Shown piece after piece: positions 19,193 through 24,389 of a DNA stretch of 24,389 nt; positions within the stretch are counted from its first letter, which is position 1, and every line of letters starts with the position of its first letter. The notes below the pieces were generated by a model. The model worked only from the letters and a program-made list of their open reading frames with translations. It was not told where the DNA came from and made no database searches. The DNA comes from Prasinococcaceae sp. CCMP 1430 (taxonomy: Eukaryota; Plantae; Prasinodermophyta), in the NCBI GenBank assembly GCA_013416795.1, contig RQSC01000001.1:51119-75507 (forward strand), given 5' to 3'. The translations under genes and the position numbers were made by a program.

Positions 19193-21114
19193 TCAGGGAG
19201 GTGTGCTGCCGCTGCCGGCGCGCGCCTTCATGGCGGTGGCCTCCTCTGCGGCCACCCGGATCGCTTCGCGCAACCAACCGAGCGTTTCCTCGCCAGCGAC
19301 CCGCAAAGCCTCACCCGGGGCGGGGAAGAAAGTTCCGTTGTTGGTGAGCTCCACGGTGAAGCCCATGCCGCCGCGGCCGTACGCGGTCGACGTCACGTCC
19401 GAGATCCAGTCTGCGCGAGACGGGAGGCGCAGGGGCGCGAGGTGGGTGGGTGTGGAGAGGGGAAGGGGGAAGGGGGGGCCGAGGAGGATACATCCGGTCG
19501 AGCGCCACACCAGACAGAAATGCATCCAGGTGTCAGCTACGAGTCTTGGCAGCTGGTACGACACGCGCGTGTCACCGAGCGCGCGCACGTGCGGAACTGC
19601 AGATTCGCGCACGCGTGCTGTGCGCACCATCGAGAGCACCACCCACTGGGTATAGCGACGACGAGGACAAGGCCTGGTAATCTGTGTAGCCTGCTGCCGA
19701 CGCCGCGGCGGCCAGGCGCTCGCCTATCTCACGAACACGCTCTCCCTGCGGATGCGGCGGGCAATAAAAGAAGTTGCAATAGCCGTAAGGGTACAGCACA
19801 AAACCACCGAAGGAGTGCTGGTCCACGCTCATGACGATTTCCGTGCCAGCCTGCAGCTCGCGCTCCACGAACGCACGCAGGCCCGCGGTCTCCGCCTGGT
19901 CGAATGGGCCCTCACCCGGGTAGTTCTGTGCAAGGGAGCACGGGCCCGAGACGCTGATCGTGCCGAACGAGTTAAAGCCTGCGTGAGAGCGAAGAGCCAG
20001 GCGAGGTGTGTCGCGGCGTCGTCAGCACGGCACATACTGCACACAGCCACTGGCGCACGCCATACGACCCTCCGCCGCCGCCCTCTTACGCCAACGCACT
20101 ACGTGGCACTGGTCAGCCCGCCCATGCACAGCGACGCGCGTGCGGCAGCACGCGCCGCATCCCACCGTTGAAGTTCCGATTCAGGTCAACTCCCCATTCT
20201 CCGTCTGCGACCTCAACCGTGCCATTCGTCGTCTTGTACTGTGTCTGGGGACACTGCTCCCTCGCGGCCGCCGTCAAGTTGCGGTTGCCGCGGTACCACG
20301 CGAGCTGCGTTCGCGAGTATTCGTACCCGTCGGGATTGATGAGAGGGAAGAAGGCCACGCGCACCTCACCCCGCAGCAGAATCGACGCGGTCGTGCCGGG
20401 CGCGGGGGGGATGTTTTGGCCTACCGAGAGCTCGGACATGATCACGTCCAAGGCGTAGTGCATGCCCGCGATTGCCGCCCACTCTCGTGCGTGGACGCCC
20501 GCCGTGACGAGCATCATCGGCACCGCACTCGCGGCGGCGCTCTCCACGCCCTCCTCCCCTTTCGCGGTCGAGGCGCCCGCCCCAAGCACGATCCCGCCCA
20601 CGAATCGACCTTCCTGGGTCAGCGCGATGCTCCCCGTGAACGCGCACACCTCGCTGCACGTGCCCGCCCGCGCGGCAAGAGCCGAAGCGTACTCGCTCGC
20701 CGAGCGGTACGCTGCGGTGAAGTACGTGCTCGCGATGTTGACCGAGGACGGGGCCGTGTCGGCGTCCGCGTGCTCGGTGTAGTTGTCCGCCGCATCCTCG
20801 CCTGGCCCGCCGGGCACCGTCTTCAACCCGTCCCCGCCGAATTGCAGGGGGGCGGGTGGGGCTGCTTCTGGCCCCGGTGGCCCGCACGACGGACACGGAA
20901 GCTCGAACACCGGGAGCTCATCGCCGGGGGTTGAGGAATTGGACGGGGCTTGCTGTATCAGCTCGGGCTGTATCACTGCTAGCTCGGGCTGTATATCTTC
21001 TAGTTGCTCACTCCCTGCGGAGGCCTCTTGGTGCGTCGCCCCCACGCCGCGCAGCCACGGGGTGCACGGGAGCAGGAGAGGCAGCACCCACGCGACCCGC
21101 ACGGCCGAGCGCAT
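19193..21114 (-). CDS. Secreted M14 zinc carboxypeptidase (CPA/CPB-like fold)
   Basis: ATG at 21114 with a signal-peptide-like N-terminus (MRSAVRVAWVLPLLLPCTPWLRGVGA). Exons 21114-20166, 19978-19628 and 19410-19193; phase-1 GT-AG introns 19979-20165 and 19411-19627. Motifs: GVHAREW (zinc HxxE), INPDGYEYS, YRGNR, GVDLNRNF, DQHSFG (third zinc ligand), LYPVGG, FTVEL (catalytic Glu). Confidence 0.92.
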
Positions 21115-21490
21115 CCGCGGCGCCACCGCCGCAGCGCGTCCGCGCGGCGTCGCGCGCATCCCCGGCGCGCCCACCGAAGCCGGGCCGCGGGGCGGGGCCC
21201 CGCCGCGCGCGCGCCCTGTGGGAGCGGAACGCGTCGGCGTCGCTGATCGTTCCTCAGCCCAAGAAAAAAACTCGGGCATTGTTGCGCGCGCGGCGAGCGC
21301 GCGCGCGCAAACCAAACGGATGGCGAATGCGCGCACGGGCGGCGCCGGCGCATACGCGCCGACCGTTGACAGTGAGACCGGCCCCGAGAAGCTCCGCCTG
21401 TGGGGGCTGCCTTGGGAGTCGCGCGCCTCCGTCGCACGCGCGCCGACACGAGCGGTGCGCGTGTTCGAGCGCGCGGCGTTGTTGTTGCGA

Positions 21491-21780
21491 GCGCGTGTGT
21501 GACTGTGTGCGTGTGTGTGTGTGTGTGCGTGTGTGTGTGTGCGTGTGTGTGTGTGTGCACGTGTGTGTGTGTAAAATGCGTGTGCGTGTGCGTGTGCACC
21601 CGCCTGAGCGTCCCAGCAGCGCGTGACAGACGCGCCCGTAGGCATGCGCGAGTGCGTGGCGGTGGTGGTGCGGGGGGCGTCGGGGTTGGGCTGCACACAC
21701 GCGCGCGCGCGCGCGCGCACACACACACAAACACACGCACACACACACACACACACGCACATCGACATGCATGCATGCAT
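21491..21780. repeat. Compound microsatellite: interrupted (TG)n at 21491-21598, (CA)n/(GC)n at 21692-21761, (ATGC)n at 21765-21780
   Basis: Directly visible alternating purine-pyrimidine tracts between the divergent M14 and HlyIII genes. Confidence 0.95.
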
Positions 21781-21958
21781 TGCTCAAGTAGGCCCGAGCG
21801 ATCAATTTATCGGTTCTCGAAAGGACGATTCACGGGCGGGCTGGCAGCTGGCGCCACAGTGCCCGCGCGCGCGCCCCCCGCGCATAGGGGGGGGGGTGGA
21901 GGGCGCGTGCGCGTGTGGGGGTGGGTGGCCGGCCCGGGGGTGAGCGAGGGGTTGCGCG

Positions 21959-22939
21959 ATGCCTGCCCACCTGCGCGATGGCACGCGCGGCGAGTACGCC
22001 GCCGACGCGGCGGGGGCTTCGTGGGCTACGGCGGGGCGGCTGCCGTGCGCTGGATGTGGGCGCGCGCCGGAGCGAGCGTGTCGGAGGTGTGGGCGGCGCT
22101 GCTGCGCGCGCTCGCGCCGCGGGACAGCGGCAGCGACGCGACGGATGTGAGCGGCGCGAACGTCTTGGAGGCTGCGGTGCTCGTGTACGGCGTGGGTCTG
22201 ATGAGCATGCTCCTCTGCAGTGCTGCGTACAACATGCTGTATTGGACCCCCTTGGGCCCCGCCCTGCGACGCTTCGATCACGCGGCCATATTCCTCAAGG
22301 TGCGGCGCACGCACCGTGCACCCGCGCCCGGGCGCGCACGCGCAGGATGCGAAAGTGGGTATACCCCACTACCCCCCTCTCCTGCTCACTGACGCGCGAG
22401 CGCGCGCGAGCGTGCAGATCGTCAGCGGCTACCACCCGTGGCTGGCTGCGACCGCTCTCAAGGACTGGGAGTGGTCGCCCGCGGTGCTGGGAGCGGTGTG
22501 GACGGTGGGCCTCACCGGCGTGACAATCAAGCTTCTGCTGCACGTCCACCTGCTGTCGCCTGCCCTCCAGCGCACGGTGGACAATTTGAGCCACGCCGCG
22601 TATCTGCTGCTGGGTTGGACGGGCGGGCTCATCGCGTGGCCCGTCAAGCATCGAGTGGAGTTTGTCCCGGCGGCCCTCCTGCTGGCGGGCGGCTTGGTGT
22701 ACACCGTGGGCTTCGTCTTCTTCCGATGGGAGAGCCTCAAGTATCAGATGGCCATATGGCACGCGTGCGTTTTGGGCGGCGCCGCGCTGCAGTTCCTCGC
22801 GCTCGCCATGGAGCTCGAGCTGCTAGAACGATTCAAGGCTGGGGAGGCGACCACCGGCGACGGCGAGAGCGCGCCGATGGGCTTCGATGCGCCGCTCCAC
22901 GATGCGATCGCCACGGCGGCGAATGCAGCGGAATTGTAG
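21959..22939 (+). CDS. Hemolysin III / PAQR family membrane protein; apparent frameshift near 22010-22015 (pseudogene or assembly error)
   Basis: Exon 1 ends at 22299 (SAAYN, LRRFDHAAIFLK). Phase-0 intron 22300-22417 (GTGCGG...CTGAC...GCAG). Exon 2 22418-22939 (YLLLGW, LLAGGLVYTVG, AIWH). The only plausible ATG (21959, MPAHLRDGTRGEYAAD) is in a different frame from the rest of exon 1. Confidence 0.8.
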
Positions 22940-22952
22940 TGCGCGGCGAGCA

Positions 22953-22957
22953 TGTAA
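22953..22957 (+). terminator. TGTAA poly(A) signal for HlyIII
   Basis: 13 nt after the stop at 22939. Confidence 0.5.
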
Positions 22958-23101
22958 CGCAGCCCTCCCGTCAGTGCCCGCTCGCTCGCTCTTTCGCGCG
23001 ATGTGGCGCTCCCTGGCGCGCGGCGGGATCTGTCCAAGACGGTCTTCAAGGGCCGTTCTTTTAGGGGGGAAAACCCGCAATACCCGGGGAGGGGTGTTGC
23101 C

Positions 23102-23224
23102 ATGCATGGGCACTACATGGCGTGCGTCGAGGCGGACTTCTCTCTGTTCGCGGCCCGCGACGGCTACTGCAAGACCCCGTCCGCAGCGCTTCTCCCGGAG
23201 TGCGGGCCGCTTTACTGTCCATAG
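23102..23224 (+). CDS. Candidate 40-aa Cys-containing small ORF
   Basis: GCCATG context; 33 of 40 codons end in G/C; four Cys. No recognised family. Confidence 0.3.
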   Translation: MHGHYMACVEADFSLFAARDGYCKTPSAALLPECGPLYCP

Positions 23225-23309
23225 CTGCTGCTCTCTGCTTCCGTGCTGGCGGCGCGTGCGCGCTCGTGGCGTGCGCAGTGCGACTCACTCGCCTTCACGC
23301 GGACGACGC

Positions 23310-24389
23310 TCATGCCGCGACTCCAGCGGGCACGCGGGCCTCCAGCCCCACCAGCTTGAGCGACTCGTCGTACATGTCCCGCTGCAGATCGGTGTTCTCC
23401 GCCGCCTTGAAGCGGTCCTGATCGTACGCCGTGGTCCTGTCGTCGTCGTTGTAGTTGTTCCACAGCTGGTCGCCGCCGCTCTTCCACACCCAGTAGGCGC
23501 CGCTCTGGTCGTACTCGGGGGCGCTGGCCACCGATGCCAGGCGCTCGCCCGCCTCCTCAGCGGAGATGTAACCCTTGGTGACGTTCTTCTGCAGGATGGG
23601 GAAGAACCACTTGAAGAAGGCGGTGTGGTTGCGGAACAGCGGCGTGTCGGCGATGCAGCCCGGGTACATGGTGGCGAAGGTCACGCCAGTGCTGTCGTGG
23701 TAGCGCTTGTGCATCTCCTTGACGCTGAGCATGTTGCACAGCTTGGCGTCCTTGTACGCCTTGGGGCCGATGAAGCGCTCGCCGTCGATCATGGCACCCC
23801 CCAGGGCATCCCCGCCCTTGAAGCCGTCCTTGAAGCCCTTGAGCGCGCCCAGGTCGGCGCGCGGCGGCACCTGCCCGGCAACCGTGTTGACGTTGCCGGT
23901 CACAGAGCCCACGATCACGCAGCGCTTCAGGCCGTCCGACTTCTCCAGCTCGGGCAGGAGATCCTCGGCCATAAGCACGTGCGCGAGGTGGTTCACCTGG
24001 ACGCACTCCTCGTAGCCGTCCTTGGAGAAGGTGGGCTTGGTGGCGTTGGGGTAGTACACCGCGGCGTTGCAGACCAGCGTGCGCAGCTTCTTGTTCTCCG
24101 GGCTGGCCTTGAAGTCCTTGAGAAAGGCGCGCACGTTGCTCAGATCGTTGAGGTCGCACTCCACGACCTCGACGCGGTCGGCGGGGATGCCCTTCTCAGC
24201 CATCGCGGCGCGCATCTTCTCGGGGCTCCGCACGGCCGCCACGACGCGCCAGCCGTCCTTCTTGGTGAGCGCGGCGGTGGTGCCGAGGCCGAGGCCACTC
24301 GACGCGCCGGTGATGATCGCGACGTTGTCGTACGGCGCGGCGCCGGCCGCCTCCGCGCGCGGCGCGGCGCGGCGGGCGGAGCGGCGCAC
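23310..24389 (-). CDS. POR: Light-dependent NADPH:protochlorophyllide oxidoreductase; 5' end beyond the window
   Basis: Rossmann motif IITGASSGLG, CNAAVYYP, NHLAH, GSVTGNVNTVAGQVPPRADLG, catalytic YKDAK, YPGCIADTPLFR, EEAGERLA, SGAYW. Ala/Arg-rich transit-peptide-like sequence at the window edge. Confidence 0.96.
   Translation of the reverse strand: MRRSARRAAPRAEAAGAAPYDNVAIITGASSGLGLGTTAALTKKDGWRVVAAVRSPEKMRAAMAEKGIPADRVEVVECDLNDLSNVRAFLKDFKASPENKKLRTLVCNAAVYYPNATKPTFSKDGYEECVQVNHLAHVLMAEDLLPELEKSDGLKRCVIVGSVTGNVNTVAGQVPPRADLGALKGFKDGFKGGDALGGAMIDGERFIGPKAYKDAKLCNMLSVKEMHKRYHDSTGVTFATMYPGCIADTPLFRNHTAFFKWFFPILQKNVTKGYISAEEAGERLASVASAPEYDQSGAYWVWKSGGDQLWNNYNDDDRTTAYDQDRFKAAENTDLQRDMYDESLKLVGLEARVPAGVAA

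Noticed and set aside
20113-21780. N-terminal part of the 555-aa ORF upstream of 21114 (THTH/CVCV runs)
   Set aside because: It is translation of microsatellite DNA. The credible start is ATG 21114, which precedes a signal peptide.
23003-23224. Ribosomal protein bL27 call for the 73-aa ORF (YPGRGV and DFSLFAARDGY loosely resemble HPGxNV and DHTLFAxxDG)
   Set aside because: It lacks the AHKK/STxNGRDS and RQRG signatures. The similarity is too short to support a call; kept only as an unnamed sORF.

Overview
Gene-dense, very GC-rich eukaryotic nuclear DNA from a green alga of prasinophyte grade. Evidence: short GT-AG introns with GTGCG donors and GCTGAC branch points, TGTAA poly(A) signals, and nuclear-encoded plastid genes; the species cannot be fixed from sequence alone. 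Genes in order: p300/CBP-type histone acetyltransferase (HAC, +); CBP60-family transcription factor (-); a 219-bp tandem array; the last exon of a small basic protein (+); RPB6 (-); plastid PETs polyprotein (2xS1 + 2xEF-Ts, +); pectin acetylesterase/Notum-family hydrolase (-); DinF-like MATE transporter (+); secreted M14 zinc carboxypeptidase (-); hemolysin-III/PAQR protein with an apparent frameshift (+); a candidate 40-aa sORF (+); light-dependent protochlorophyllide oxidoreductase (-). N-gaps hide several gene starts. Most interesting: (1) the 219-bp array reads on the minus strand as repeated symmetric exon+intron cassettes directly upstream of CBP60; (2) the algal CBP60 has a Cys-rich insert, lacks the land-plant C-terminal CaM-binding motif and has five RQx[S/T] motifs; (3) the two EF-Ts domains of PETs are nucleotide-identical over 610 bp; (4) the HlyIII gene looks alphaproteobacterial and is frameshifted exactly where a conserved His should be; (5) the M14 enzyme has a carboxypeptidase-B-type Asp. 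No rRNA, tRNA, CRISPR or transposase was recognised.
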